Shown here one piece after another: positions 18,429 through 28,245 of a stretch of DNA of 64,000 nucleotides (positions within the stretch are counted from its first letter, which is position 1; every line of letters begins with the position of its first letter). The notes under the pieces were generated by a model. That model saw only the letters and a program-made list of their open reading frames with translations, searched no databases and was not told the DNA's origin. Location of the stretch: positions 35,860-99,859 of the forward strand of contig WRBQ01000002.1 in assembly GCA_009784445.1 (NCBI GenBank). Reading direction: 5' to 3'. The stretch comes from Oscillospiraceae bacterium (lineage in GTDB: Bacteria; Bacillota; Clostridia; Oscillospirales; Acutalibacteraceae). Both the position numbers and the translations under genes were made by a program.

Positions 18429-19799
18429 CTATCGTGGGCCAACGCGTGGCAGCACATGCAATTGCTTTTTGCGGCTTTTGTTGCGCCGCTGCACCAGCAG
18501 CAAAATCACTAGGCCAACCGCCGCCAGCACAATCAGCCCCATCATCACTTGAAACAACAAAGAGCCTGCCACATTGCGCGCCACCTGCACCATGTACTGC
18601 GTGCCGGAAAGCGCAACGTCTTCTGCTGCAACCAAATCAACGCGCGCGAACTCCACACCCGCAAATAAGATGCGCGCTTGCCCCACCTGTTGCCCGGCCT
18701 GCACCGGCGCAGTGAGGCTTTCGGGCATGGTGTCGGCGATGGGTTCGATCATCACGTTGCCGGCATGCACGCCCTGCGGCACAAAGGCAAAGACCGCCTG
18801 TGCGGGCATCAGCTGCACGTGGTCGGTGCCGCGCGCAAACTCCACTGGGATTTCCGCCACAGCGCGGTCAGCTTCGGCAACCTGTTGCATGCGGATATTC
18901 GCAAAAGCCCAGTGGATGAGCGCACGGGCGTCCATCAGTGCGCTGTTGCGCACCGGGCTGCCGCCGTCTTGCCCTTGCATGACGATGGCAAGATAGCGAA
19001 ACCCTGCCTGTTGTGCGGCGACCATCACACATCGCCCGGCAGCGGCGGTTTGCCCGCCTTTGCCGGCGAAGGCCTGCGGCATGAAATAATGCGGGCGATA
19101 GCGGTTGGTGATGTGGTTGAAGTTCACCAAATGCCGTGGGCCGCGCAGATTGCTTTCGGGGATGGTATGCCGCAAGCTGCCGCTGATTCGCTCCAGCACT
19201 GCACTGCCCGGGAAATCACGCCGCAGGGCATGACGCACCATCAAGGCCAGATCATAGGCGGTGGTGTAGTGATTATCTTCGTCAAGGCCATGGACGTTGG
19301 CGAAGTTTGTATTTTCAGCACCCGCGCGGGCCGCGAAGTCGTTCATCAGCGGCAAAAAGTCCTCCACACTGCCTGCGATGTGCGCCGCAAGGGCTTGCGC
19401 GGCATCGTTGGCGTTGTGCAGTAGCATGGCAGCAATGAGGCTTTCAGCGCTGAGTTGCTCGCCGTCGCGCAGGTCGGCATGGGCGGTGCCGCGCACAGCG
19501 ATGAGGTCGTCGCCATGCACGGTGACCAGTTCGTCAATGCTTTCCAGCTGCTCTAATGCAATGGCGGCTGTGATAAATTTGGTCAGCGAAGCAGGGGCGG
19601 TGCGCTCGTGCTCGTTTTGGCTGAAGATTACACTGCCGTCGTCCAGGCTAACGAGCAGGAAGATTTCCGAAAGCCCGGTTAGATTGACATCGCGCAGCAG
19701 ATTGTTAAACACCGCGCTGGCAGGCATGGCTAAGCCCGCGCATAATGCTATCACCATGCATGCAGCAAAAACTTTTTTCGCAAATTTGCGTTTACCCAT
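18429..19799 (-). CDS. Serine-type D-Ala-D-Ala carboxypeptidase (peptidase S11, DacB/DacF-like)
   Basis: It has a signal/anchor segment, an active-site SLTK (SxxK) motif, a PBP5-like layout and a C-terminal membrane helix. Confidence 0.88.
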   Translation of the reverse strand: MGKRKFAKKVFAACMVIALCAGLAMPASAVFNNLLRDVNLTGLSEIFLLVSLDDGSVIFSQNEHERTAPASLTKFITAAIALEQLESIDELVTVHGDDLIAVRGTAHADLRDGEQLSAESLIAAMLLHNANDAAQALAAHIAGSVEDFLPLMNDFAARAGAENTNFANVHGLDEDNHYTTAYDLALMVRHALRRDFPGSAVLERISGSLRHTIPESNLRGPRHLVNFNHITNRYRPHYFMPQAFAGKGGQTAAAGRCVMVAAQQAGFRYLAIVMQGQDGGSPVRNSALMDARALIHWAFANIRMQQVAEADRAVAEIPVEFARGTDHVQLMPAQAVFAFVPQGVHAGNVMIEPIADTMPESLTAPVQAGQQVGQARILFAGVEFARVDLVAAEDVALSGTQYMVQVARNVAGSLLFQVMMGLIVLAAVGLVILLLVQRRNKSRKKQLHVLPRVGPR

Positions 19800-19865
19800 T
19801 TACAAGCACCCCGATATCATGTATAATATCTATTATACGCCTGCGGCGAGCAAGCCGCTTCGCTG

Positions 19866-19882
19866 TGTCCTAATATCCCAGC
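19866..19882. repeat. Right arm of the 17-bp inverted repeat
   Basis: CGCTTCGCTGTGTCCTA is the reverse complement of 18385-18401. Confidence 0.75.
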
Positions 19883-19956
19883 ATATAAAATTCAATGTCT
19901 AGTTTCTATTATACTACATTTGCATGAAAAAAGTCAATGGCAAGGAGCAAGAAAAC

Positions 19957-20646
19957 ATGGTTTATGTCACCGGTGACATGCACGGCGATGCTAGCCGCTT
20001 TAAATCCAGCGATATGCGCTGCCTAAAAAAAGGCGACACGCTGCTGGTGTGCGGCGATTTCGGCTTTGTGTGGGACGGTAGCCGAGCCGAGCAAGCTCTG
20101 CTGAAAAAGCTGGGCAAGCAAAAATTCAACATTGCGTTTGTGGACGGCGTGCATGAAAATTTTGCGCTGCTAGAGCAATATCCCGTGGTGAACTGGAACG
20201 GTGGTCGTGCGCGGCAAATCAGCGGGAATTTATATCACCTGATGCGTGGCGAACTGTTCACCATTGAGGGCAGCACGTACTTAGCCATTGGCGGCGGTGT
20301 TTGTCCGGACGATGACTATCGCACGCACGACGATGCCCGCATGGCGCGCGAAACGCCTAGCTATGAGGAAATGGAAAATGCTGCGGCCAACCTGCAAACC
20401 ACCAACGGCCACGTGGACTACATCATCACGCATGAGCCGCCCATTCGCCTCAAAGCCTTTTTGCAGCTGAAAAAACAGCAGCACGAAAGCGTGGAATCCA
20501 CCGGTCTGCATAGTTTTTTTGACGAAATGCTGGCCAAGTGCACCTTCAAGCGGTGGTTTTTTGGTTCCATGCATGTGGACAAACGCATTTCGGCAGCACA
20601 CATGGCGCTGTTTCGCCGCGTGATTGCCGTTGATCAACAAGATTAA
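19957..20646 (+). CDS. Metallophosphoesterase family protein
   Basis: AAGGAG lies before ATG 19957. MVYVTGDMHGD ... GDFGF ... GVHEN are calcineurin-like phosphoesterase motifs. Confidence 0.8.
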   Translation: MVYVTGDMHGDASRFKSSDMRCLKKGDTLLVCGDFGFVWDGSRAEQALLKKLGKQKFNIAFVDGVHENFALLEQYPVVNWNGGRARQISGNLYHLMRGELFTIEGSTYLAIGGGVCPDDDYRTHDDARMARETPSYEEMENAAANLQTTNGHVDYIITHEPPIRLKAFLQLKKQQHESVESTGLHSFFDEMLAKCTFKRWFFGSMHVDKRISAAHMALFRRVIAVDQQD

Positions 20647-20659
20647 GGAGAACATAGAC

Positions 20660-21496
20660 ATGAAAATCGGCGTTAGTAGCTACAGCTTTGCTAAACTCAA
20701 AAAAGAAGCAACCGAACTCATCGCCATGGCCAAAGAGCTAGACTTTGCGGCCATTGAGTACACCGACATGGATTGCCCCGACCGCGAAACGGCACAGGCA
20801 CTTGCTGAAGAAAGTGCGCGCGTGGGCTTGCCCATCATTTGCTACACCATTGGTGCGGATTTCTTGCAGACGGACAGCCTGGATGAAGAAATTGCGCGTG
20901 TGAAAGACATGGTGGACATTGCGGAAATCTTGGGCGTTAAGCTCATGCGCCACGATGCAAGCCGTGGCTTTGGCGAACCCCAAAACGCCCACAATAGCTG
21001 GGCGCAGGCACTGCCCATTCTCGCCCGCGCTTGCCGTGAAGTGACGGAATATGCTGCCGCAAAGGACATTGCCACCATGGTGGAAAACCACGGCTACTTC
21101 TGTCAGGATAGCGTGCGTGTGGCGCAACTTGTGGGCGAGGTGAATCACCCCAACTTTGGTGTGCTAGCGGATATGGGCAACTTCTGTTGCGCCGACGAAG
21201 ACCCCGCAATCGCTTGCGGCAACGTGGGCGCGATGACCAAACACGTGCACGCCAAAGACTTCCACATCAAGCCTGGTAATACCGACAACCCTGGTGAGGG
21301 CTGGTTCCACAGCCGTGGCGGCAACTTCCTGCGCGGCGCGGTCATCGGCCACGGCGATGTGCCCATTCGCCAATGCTTGGGCAACTTTGCGCGCGCGGGC
21401 TACGACGGCTATGTGTCCATTGAGTTCGAGGGCATGGAAGACCCCATGGTTGCGTTGCGTATTGGGCGGAGTAATTTAGAGCGTTTTTGTGAATAA
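20660..21496 (+). CDS. Sugar phosphate isomerase/epimerase (xylose isomerase-like TIM barrel)
   Basis: AAGGAG lies before ATG 20660. The MKIGVSSYSF start, VENHG and the SIEFEG ending are typical of the AP endonuclease 2/xylose isomerase-like fold family. Confidence 0.8.
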   Translation: MKIGVSSYSFAKLKKEATELIAMAKELDFAAIEYTDMDCPDRETAQALAEESARVGLPIICYTIGADFLQTDSLDEEIARVKDMVDIAEILGVKLMRHDASRGFGEPQNAHNSWAQALPILARACREVTEYAAAKDIATMVENHGYFCQDSVRVAQLVGEVNHPNFGVLADMGNFCCADEDPAIACGNVGAMTKHVHAKDFHIKPGNTDNPGEGWFHSRGGNFLRGAVIGHGDVPIRQCLGNFARAGYDGYVSIEFEGMEDPMVALRIGRSNLERFCE

Positions 21497-21512
21497 CTGC
21501 AAAGAAATAAAG

Positions 21513-21546
21513 AACCAGCCTAGTAAAACAGGCTGGTTGTTTTTTA
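21513..21546. terminator. Bidirectional terminator between convergent operons
   Basis: AACCAGCC / GGCTGGTT stem with a T-run downstream and an A-rich run upstream. Confidence 0.75.
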
Positions 21547-21552
21547 TGCTGT

Positions 21553-22320
21553 TTACATGGCGGATTTCATGCTGGCGATGTATTTTTCCACGTGCGGAGC
21601 GGCGTGTTCGCCGTGTTGTTCAATGAGTTGCACAATGGCGCTGCCGACGATGACACCGTCGGTCACTTGGGCGTAAAGCGCGGCTTGTTCGGGCGTGGAA
21701 ATGCCAAAGCCGATGGCCACAGGCGTGTTGGTGTGCTGCTTGATATCCGCGACGATAGCGGCTAAATCTGTGGTGATTTCGCTGCGCACACCGGTGACGC
21801 CAAGCGATGACACCAGATAGATGAAGCCCTCGGCCTCACTTGCAATCTTCGCCACGCGCTCTTGCGACGTGGGCGCGATGAGTGTGACCATTTCCACGCC
21901 GTGTTGGCGGGCATGCACTTGTGCCTCGGCTTGTTCCTCAAAGGGCAGGTCGGGGATGATCACCCCGCACACGCCCACTTCGGCGCAGCGGGCGAAAAAT
22001 TTCGCGTAGCCATACACATAAACCGGGTTGCAGTAGGTCATCAGGAGCAGGGGAATGTGCACGCGGTCTTGGATGGAAGCGACCATGGTCAGCACGTCTT
22101 GCAGCTGAGTGCCAGCGGCTAGTGCGCGCGCGGCGGCGGCTTCAATCACGGGACCTTCCGCCACAGGGTCAGAAAAAGGAATGCCGATTTCGATTAAATC
22201 TGCGCCGCCTGCTTGTGCCGCGAGGATGTTTTCGGCGGACTTTTCTAGGCTTGGGTCGCCCGCCATCAGGTAAGCAATGAATGCCTTTTTGCCGTCAAAT
22301 GCGTCAGCTATTTTTTTCAT
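21553..22320 (-). CDS. trpA: Tryptophan synthase alpha chain
   Basis: [23 protein letters not shown]...[22 protein letters not shown] lies before ATG 22320, and the gene overlaps the trpB stop. Confidence 0.92.
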   Translation of the reverse strand: MKKIADAFDGKKAFIAYLMAGDPSLEKSAENILAAQAGGADLIEIGIPFSDPVAEGPVIEAAAARALAAGTQLQDVLTMVASIQDRVHIPLLLMTYCNPVYVYGYAKFFARCAEVGVCGVIIPDLPFEEQAEAQVHARQHGVEMVTLIAPTSQERVAKIASEAEGFIYLVSSLGVTGVRSEITTDLAAIVADIKQHTNTPVAIGFGISTPEQAALYAQVTDGVIVGSAIVQLIEQHGEHAAPHVEKYIASMKSAM

Positions 22321-23497
22321 CGATGTCCTCTCCTTTATATCTTGCAATGGCGGCCACGTCTTTGTCGCCGCGGCCCGAAAGATTGCACACAATCACCTGT
22401 TCGGGCGGTAACGCTTTGGCTAGTTTCAGCACATGTGCCACCGCGTGTGATGACTCAATGGCCGGGATGATGCCCTCGATGCGTGATAGGGTTTCGAAGG
22501 CGTTTACGGCTTCTTCGTCGGTGACGGCCACGCATTCAGTGCGTCCGCTGACGAGCAGTTGCGCATGTTCCGGTCCCACGCCGGGATAGTCTAGCCCTGC
22601 GGAAATAGAGTGCACTGGCGCAATCTGTCCGTGTTCATCTTGGCAAAACAGGCTCTTCATGCCATGGAACACGCCCTTGGTGCCCACGCTCATGGTGGCG
22701 GCGTGCATGCCGCTGGCAATGCCGTGGCCGGCGGCTTCGCAGCCAATCAGACGTACACTGGGGTCGCCGATGAAGTCATAGAACGCGCCGATGGCGTTGC
22801 TGCCGCCGCCAATGCAGGCGACCACAGCGTCGGGCAATCTGCCGGTTTCGGCCAGAATTTGCTGCTTGATTTCGCGGCTGATGATCGCCTGAAAATCGCG
22901 AACCATGGTGGGGAAGGGGTGCGGCCCCATCACCGAGCCGATGAGATAGTGCGTGTCGTCCATGCGGCGTGTCCACTCGCGCATGGTTTCGTTCACGGCA
23001 TCTTTCAGCGTTTGTGTGCCGCTGGTGACTTCGTGCACTTGCGCGCCCAGCAACCGCATGCGATACACATTGAGCGCCTGGCGCTGGGTGTCTTCGCGCC
23101 CCATGAAGATTTCGCACTCCATGCCCAGCAACGTTGCCGCGGTGGCCGTGGCTACGCCATGCTGACCCGCGCCGGTTTCGGCAATCAGGCGGGTTTTGCC
23201 CATGCGCTTGGCCAGCAGCGCTTGGCCGAGCACGTTGTTGATTTTGTGCGAGCCGGTGTGATTGAGATCCTCGCGCTTGAGATAAATTTTCGCGCCGCCC
23301 AAGTGCTTCGTCAGGTTTTCTGCGTAATACAGCAACGATGGCCGGCCGGCATAGTCGCGCAGCAGTGCGGCATAGTCGGCTTGAAATTGCGGGTCTTGTT
23401 TGGCCTGTTCATAGGCCGCGATGAGCTCGTGCAGCACCGCCATGAGTGTTTCGGGCACATATTGCCCGCCAAAATCGCCAAATCTTCCTGGGGTCAT
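22304..23497 (-). CDS. trpB: Tryptophan synthase beta chain
   Basis: [16 protein letters not shown] ... HTGSHKINN ... GGGSNAIG are canonical TrpB motifs. Confidence 0.95.
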   Translation of the reverse strand: MTPGRFGDFGGQYVPETLMAVLHELIAAYEQAKQDPQFQADYAALLRDYAGRPSLLYYAENLTKHLGGAKIYLKREDLNHTGSHKINNVLGQALLAKRMGKTRLIAETGAGQHGVATATAATLLGMECEIFMGREDTQRQALNVYRMRLLGAQVHEVTSGTQTLKDAVNETMREWTRRMDDTHYLIGSVMGPHPFPTMVRDFQAIISREIKQQILAETGRLPDAVVACIGGGSNAIGAFYDFIGDPSVRLIGCEAAGHGIASGMHAATMSVGTKGVFHGMKSLFCQDEHGQIAPVHSISAGLDYPGVGPEHAQLLVSGRTECVAVTDEEAVNAFETLSRIEGIIPAIESSHAVAHVLKLAKALPPEQVIVCNLSGRGDKDVAAIARYKGEDIDEKNS

Positions 23498-24051
23498 GGT
23501 AGCCTCCTAACTTGTGATACGAATTGCAATATTTTTTCGCGGTCTTTCACGCCGCTTGTTTCCACGCCAGAGCTAACGTCAAGGCAATAGGGCATGTGCG
23601 TTGCAGCTTTTGCGATATTTTCGAGCGCTAAGCCGCCTGCTAAGAAGTATGGTTTATTATAACACGAAATCGTGTTCCAGTCAAATGTCTGGCCGCTGCC
23701 GGGTTGCGGACTGTCGAACACCAGGTAGTCAGCGGCATTGCTTTCGCCGAGTTTAATCACCGGCAAGCTGTAAAGGGATTTTACTTGTCGCACAAAAACT
23801 TCGCTTTCGTTACCGTGCAGCTGAATTAAATCAAGAAACTCGCTTGCCTGTGCAATTTCTTCGAGTGATGCATTCACAAACACGCCAACGGCTTTGGTGC
23901 GCGGGTCAAGCGCTTGTTTGAGATGTCGAGCTTGTATAACCGTCACCCTGCGCTGACTTGGCGCAAACACAAAGCCAATGTAATCCGGCAGTGCAGCGTT
24001 GCAAGCTTCAATGTCCGCAAGCCTTGTCAGTCCACAAATCTTAACCTTCAC
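23494..24051 (-). CDS. trpF: Phosphoribosylanthranilate isomerase
   Basis: [10 protein letters not shown]... The GTG start at 24051 overlaps the trpC stop by 11 nt. The longer track ORF N-terminus is an out-of-frame overlap with trpC. Confidence 0.85.
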   Translation of the reverse strand: MKVKICGLTRLADIEACNAALPDYIGFVFAPSQRRVTVIQARHLKQALDPRTKAVGVFVNASLEEIAQASEFLDLIQLHGNESEVFVRQVKSLYSLPVIKLGESNAADYLVFDSPQPGSGQTFDWNTISCYNKPYFLAGGLALENIAKAATHMPYCLDVSSGVETSGVKDREKILQFVSQVRRLP

Positions 24052-24805
24052 GCAGTGCCTCCAATGCTGATTTTTTGCAAGGTGTCCGCATGAGCGTTTC
24101 GCCCACCAGCGCCGCATGAATGTCGTGCTCGCGCAGCAGTTGCACGTCCGCGGCGCTAGCAATGCCGCTTTCGGCCATGAAAATCACCTCGGGCGGCGCA
24201 AGCTTGCGCAGGCGAATACTGTTGTGCAGGTCAACCTCAAAGGTTTTGAGGTTGCGGTTGTTCACGCCAACTACGCGTGCGCCAGCGCGCAAAGCTTTGT
24301 GCAGCTCTGCTTCGTCGTGTGCCTCCACCAAGCACGAAAGCCCAAGATTATCAGCCAGCTTGATAAACTCGCGCAGCTGCTGTTCGCTTAAAATCGCGCA
24401 AATCAGCAGCACGGCATCCGCGCCCAAGCTGGCCGTTTGCTCAATCTGGAATGTATCAATGGTGAAATCTTTGCGCAGCAGGGGAGTGCGCACGGCGGCG
24501 CGAATCTCTTGCAGATAGCGGTCGTGGCCGTGGAAATAGTCAGGCTCGGTGAGCACTGAAATGGCCGCCGCGCCCGCGGCTTCGTACTCGCGCGCAATGT
24601 CCACATAGGGAAAATCCTGCGCGATGATGCCTTTGCTGGGCGACGCACGCTTGACTTCGCAGATGAAATGCATGCAATCACCGCGCAGGGCATTCTCAAA
24701 CGCAAAGGGCTGTAAAGGTGTTTTGCTTGTCGGTGTAAAGGTCGAGGCCTTGTCGCGCGCAACACGCAGCTTGGTGGATTCAACGATGTTGTCAAGAATA
24801 TTCAT
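24041..24805 (-). CDS. trpC: Indole-3-glycerol phosphate synthase
   Basis: ICEVKRASPSKG ... LLRKDF ... VGVNNRNL are TrpC signatures. Confidence 0.9.
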   Translation of the reverse strand: MNILDNIVESTKLRVARDKASTFTPTSKTPLQPFAFENALRGDCMHFICEVKRASPSKGIIAQDFPYVDIAREYEAAGAAAISVLTEPDYFHGHDRYLQEIRAAVRTPLLRKDFTIDTFQIEQTASLGADAVLLICAILSEQQLREFIKLADNLGLSCLVEAHDEAELHKALRAGARVVGVNNRNLKTFEVDLHNSIRLRKLAPPEVIFMAESGIASAADVQLLREHDIHAALVGETLMRTPCKKSALEALREG

Positions 24806-25805
24806 TGGTTGCCCTCACAAACGCATTCAAAGTATCCATGGCGCGGCCGCTGTCGATCATCTGCTGTGCCAAGCGCACGCACTCACGCATGGTGATGTTG
24901 TTGTGCGCCATGTACAGGCAACACGCAGCGTTAAGCACCACGATGTCACGCCGTGGGCCGGGTTCGCCGCCGAAAATTGCGCGTGCGGTTTCCGCGTTTT
25001 CGGCGGGGTCGCCACCTATTAGGTCGTCAATCGTGCAGCGCTGCAGGCCAAATTGCTCCGGCGTGATGAAATAACTGTTGAGCTGCCCGTCGGACACTTC
25101 GCAGATGGTTGACGTGCCGGTGAGTGTGATTTCATCCAAGCCATCATGCCCGTGCACCACCATGGCACGCTTCACACCTAGGTTGAGCAACACCCTAGCT
25201 AGTGGCTCCACGAGGTTTTCGTCGTACACGCCAAGCAGCTGCAGCGTGGCACCGGCGGGGTTAGCGAGGGGGCCGAGAATGTTGAACATCGTGCGCACGC
25301 CAAGCTCGCGCCGCACAGGTGCCACATGCTTCATTGCGCTGTGGTAAACCTGTGCCATCATGAAGCACATGCCGGTTTCGTCCAGCACGCGTTGGCTGGC
25401 TTTGGCGGAAATCATGATGTTCGCACCCAGTGCCTCAAGCACGTCCGCGCTGCCGCATTTGCTGCTGACGCTGCGGTTGCCGTGCTTGGCCACAGGCACA
25501 CCGCCCGCCGCCGCCACAAAGGCAGCAACCGTGCTGATATTAAACGTGAATAGTTCATCTCCACCTGTGCCAACGATATCGAGCACGTCGGTTTTGGGCT
25601 GTAGCTTCACACATTTTTCGCGTAGCACACGCGCACAGGCGGTGATTTCATCAATTGTTTCGCCTTTCAGACGCATGGCGGCCAAAAACGCACCCATCTG
25701 CGCGGCAGTTGCCTCGCCAGTCATCATTTGCTGCATCACGGCGGTGGTTTGGTCAAGCGACAAATCGCGCTTGGCCAGAATGTCATAGATAGCTTGATTA
25801 ATCAT
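24792..25805 (-). CDS. trpD: Anthranilate phosphoribosyltransferase
   Basis: DIVGTGGD ... NISTVAAFVAAAGGVPVAKHGNRSVSSKCGSADVLE is the TrpD signature. Confidence 0.92.
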   Translation of the reverse strand: MINQAIYDILAKRDLSLDQTTAVMQQMMTGEATAAQMGAFLAAMRLKGETIDEITACARVLREKCVKLQPKTDVLDIVGTGGDELFTFNISTVAAFVAAAGGVPVAKHGNRSVSSKCGSADVLEALGANIMISAKASQRVLDETGMCFMMAQVYHSAMKHVAPVRRELGVRTMFNILGPLANPAGATLQLLGVYDENLVEPLARVLLNLGVKRAMVVHGHDGLDEITLTGTSTICEVSDGQLNSYFITPEQFGLQRCTIDDLIGGDPAENAETARAIFGGEPGPRRDIVVLNAACCLYMAHNNITMRECVRLAQQMIDSGRAMDTLNAFVRATNEYS

Positions 25806-26380
25806 ACGTTACCTCCAATGTGCAGGAAGTTTTCAATGATTTTGCTGCCCTGCGGCGTGAGAATGGACTCCGGGTGGAACTGCAGCCCAAACAGTGCGTG
25901 GCTGCGGTGCTTCACGCCCATGACTTCGCCGTCGTCGGTTTCGGCGATGACCAGCAGGTCGTCGGGCAACGTGCCGCGCTCGGCAGCAAGGGAGTGGTAT
26001 CGCCCGGCCTGCAGCAGGGGAGGCAGTCCGCGGAAAATCGGGTTGCCGTTGGCGATGTGCAACCCACAAGCTTTGCCGTGCATGAGTGTTTTCGCGTAGC
26101 CCACCGTTGCGCCATATACTTCGCAGATGGCTTGGTGACCCAGGCAAATGCCCAGCAGCGGGATTTCCCCGGCAAAGCGCGCGACGACATCTTTGCACAC
26201 GCCGGCATCGGCGGGTCTGCCCGGTCCGGGGGAGAGGATGATGTGGCTGGGCTGCATGGCGGCAATGTCGTCGCAGGTGATTTGGTCGTTGTAGGTCACG
26301 GTGACATCGCTGCGCAGTTGCCCCACCAGTTGGTATAGATTATAGGTGAAGCTGTCGTAGTTGTCGATAATTAAAATCAT
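25802..26380 (-). CDS. trpG: Anthranilate synthase component II (glutamine amidotransferase)
   Basis: MILIIDNYDSFTYNLYQ ... GICLGHQ ... QFHPES. GAGGAG lies before ATG 26380. Confidence 0.9.
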   Translation of the reverse strand: MILIIDNYDSFTYNLYQLVGQLRSDVTVTYNDQITCDDIAAMQPSHIILSPGPGRPADAGVCKDVVARFAGEIPLLGICLGHQAICEVYGATVGYAKTLMHGKACGLHIANGNPIFRGLPPLLQAGRYHSLAAERGTLPDDLLVIAETDDGEVMGVKHRSHALFGLQFHPESILTPQGSKIIENFLHIGGNV

Positions 26381-26441
26381 ATGTGTGCTCCTCATTATGG
26401 TAGGGGCGCGCATTGCGCGTCCGGACGGCCAATGGCCGCCC

Positions 26442-27845
26442 CTACAGTTTTTGCGCGCCTTGTAGCGCCATCATCATGGCAAAGGCTTTGTTTTGCACCT
26501 CGGCGTACTCGGCCTCGGGCGTGCTTTCGGCCACCACGCCTGCGCCGGCCTGCACATGCACGCGGCCCTCTTTCAGCACCGCCATGCGAATGCCGATGCA
26601 CATGTCCATGTTGCCGGTGAAGTCAATGTAACCCAATGCGCCGCCATAGACTCCGCGTTTGTGACCCTCGCACTCGTCGATGATTTCGCAGGCGCGTTTT
26701 TTCGGCGCACCGCTGAGCGTGCCCGCGGGCAGCGTGGCCGCCAGTACATCAAGAGCATCGTACTCGGGTCTCAGCTTGCCCACCACGTGCGACGAAATAT
26801 GGCTAACATGCGAAAACTTCTTGATGGCGCGGTAGTCTTGCACCTGCACGCTGCCGAACTTTGCCACGCGGCCAAGATCATTGCGGGCAAGGTCAACGAG
26901 CATGTCGTGCTCAGCCAGCTCTTTTTCGTTGGCTAGCAGGGCATCGATGAGCGCGGCGTCTTCCTCAGGCGTGGCACCTCGCTTGCAGGTGCCCGCCAAG
27001 GGGAATGAACTGAGCTTGCCGTCTTGCAGCGACACTAAGGTTTCGGGCGAGGCACAGGCGATTTCTAGATCGCCCAGCTTCATGTGGCACATATAGGGCG
27101 AGGGATTGATGGTGCGCAGCAGGCGGTAGGTATTGAGCAGCGAGCCGCTGAAAGGCGCACTAAACCGGTTTGAGATAACCGCCTGAAAAATATCGCCTTG
27201 CGCAATGTGATGCTGTACGTTTTTCACCATGGCGAAAAATTCGTCCTTGCTGTGCAGCGCGCTGAATTCGCCGCAATGGCTTTGCTCGGGCTCGGCGTTC
27301 ACTTGCGTCATCAACACATGCTCCATGTCTTTTAGCGTCTGCACGCCTGCGATGTAGCTGCTTTCAATGTCCTGCGCGGGCACATTAACAATGAGATAAA
27401 TCTTTTGCTTAAAGTGGTCAAAGGCCACCACTTTGTCAATGCGCATCAGATGAAAATCGGCGAAGTTCTCGTCATTTTTGGCATGCAATTGCAGCCCGGG
27501 AATGAATTGTTGCACAAAATCATAGGCAAAATAGCCCACAAAGCCGCCGGTGAAGGGGGGCAGGTCTTTCACATGCGCACTACGATATTTCTGAATCAAG
27601 GTACGAACTTCAGACATACCGCCTGTGCAAATTTGCTGCACGGGCTTGTAGCCCAGAAAGGTGTAGCGCCCCCAGCTGTCGCCACCGTTCACGCTTTCAA
27701 GAATGAACCAGTCTTCGCTGTGGCGGCGCATTTGCCGCAGAATTTCCATGGGGGTTTTGGTGTCGCTGAAAATCTCCAGGGCAATGGGTACGATGCTGTG
27801 TTGTTGCGCGGCTGTTTTGGCCTGTGCAAGGGTTGGACGAATCAT
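26442..27845 (-). CDS. trpE: Anthranilate synthase component I
   Basis: It has the chorismate-binding C-terminal pattern LPAGTLSGAPKKRA ... GGALGY ... GAGVVAES. GAAAGGAGA lies before the ATG. Confidence 0.93.
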   Translation of the reverse strand: MIRPTLAQAKTAAQQHSIVPIALEIFSDTKTPMEILRQMRRHSEDWFILESVNGGDSWGRYTFLGYKPVQQICTGGMSEVRTLIQKYRSAHVKDLPPFTGGFVGYFAYDFVQQFIPGLQLHAKNDENFADFHLMRIDKVVAFDHFKQKIYLIVNVPAQDIESSYIAGVQTLKDMEHVLMTQVNAEPEQSHCGEFSALHSKDEFFAMVKNVQHHIAQGDIFQAVISNRFSAPFSGSLLNTYRLLRTINPSPYMCHMKLGDLEIACASPETLVSLQDGKLSSFPLAGTCKRGATPEEDAALIDALLANEKELAEHDMLVDLARNDLGRVAKFGSVQVQDYRAIKKFSHVSHISSHVVGKLRPEYDALDVLAATLPAGTLSGAPKKRACEIIDECEGHKRGVYGGALGYIDFTGNMDMCIGIRMAVLKEGRVHVQAGAGVVAESTPEAEYAEVQNKAFAMMMALQGAQKL

Positions 27846-27865
27846 GGGGGTCTCCTTTCAATGGG

Positions 27866-28146
27866 CAAATAAAAAATCCTCGACAAAGCCTGTCGGCTTC
27901 ATCAAGGACGAAATAATACAGTTATTCCGCGGTGCCACCTTGTTTTCACGGTTGCCCGTGCACTTTGACAGTACTAGCATACTGCTCACAACTCACGCGT
28001 GTGTGACGTCGCCGCTTTTCAAGGCGCCCTCAGCAGTCCATTTAACAGCCTGCATCTCTGCCCGGTTCTCAGCTACCCCGGACTCTCTGGATTGCGCATT
28101 TGCTGCCTTTATCTCTGCCTCATCGGTTTGGTTGGCTATTTGATTG
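27866..28146 (-). promoter_or_regulatory. T-box riboswitch leader, tryptophan specifier (UGG)
   Basis: All elements are read on the minus strand. The T-box sequence is AAGGTGGCACCGCGG (27942-27928). AGAGA-type stem I elements are present. A candidate specifier AAA-UGG-A lies at 28040-28038. The terminator is TCCTTGA..AAGCC-GACA-GGCTT..TCGAGGA plus T6 (27908-27871). The trpE RBS follows. Confidence 0.8.
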
Positions 28147-28152
28147 TTATCC

Positions 28153-28181
28153 AGTATAGCACACGAAAGCGAGGATGTCAA
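28153..28181 (-). promoter_or_regulatory. Promoter of the trp operon leader
   Basis: On the minus strand: TTGACA (28181-28176), 17-nt spacer, TGcTATACT (to 28153). Confidence 0.7.
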
Positions 28182-28245
28182 GCTTTTTTTCAAAAAAAAT
28201 TCATCACAGCGTGGCGAGGTTGACTTTTTGGTGGCTTTTTTATGC

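Noticed and set aside
24052-24162. The extended N-terminus of the trpF track ORF
   Set aside because: It overlaps the trpC coding frame and looks non-protein-like. The conserved [10 protein letters not shown] start sits at GTG 24051.
26381-26631. Arg-rich ORFs in the trpE 3' region and the trpE/trpG gap on both strands (26381-26620 plus, 26395-26601 minus, 26413-26631 plus)
   Set aside because: They lie almost entirely inside trpE (26442-27845) and are low-complexity shadow translations.
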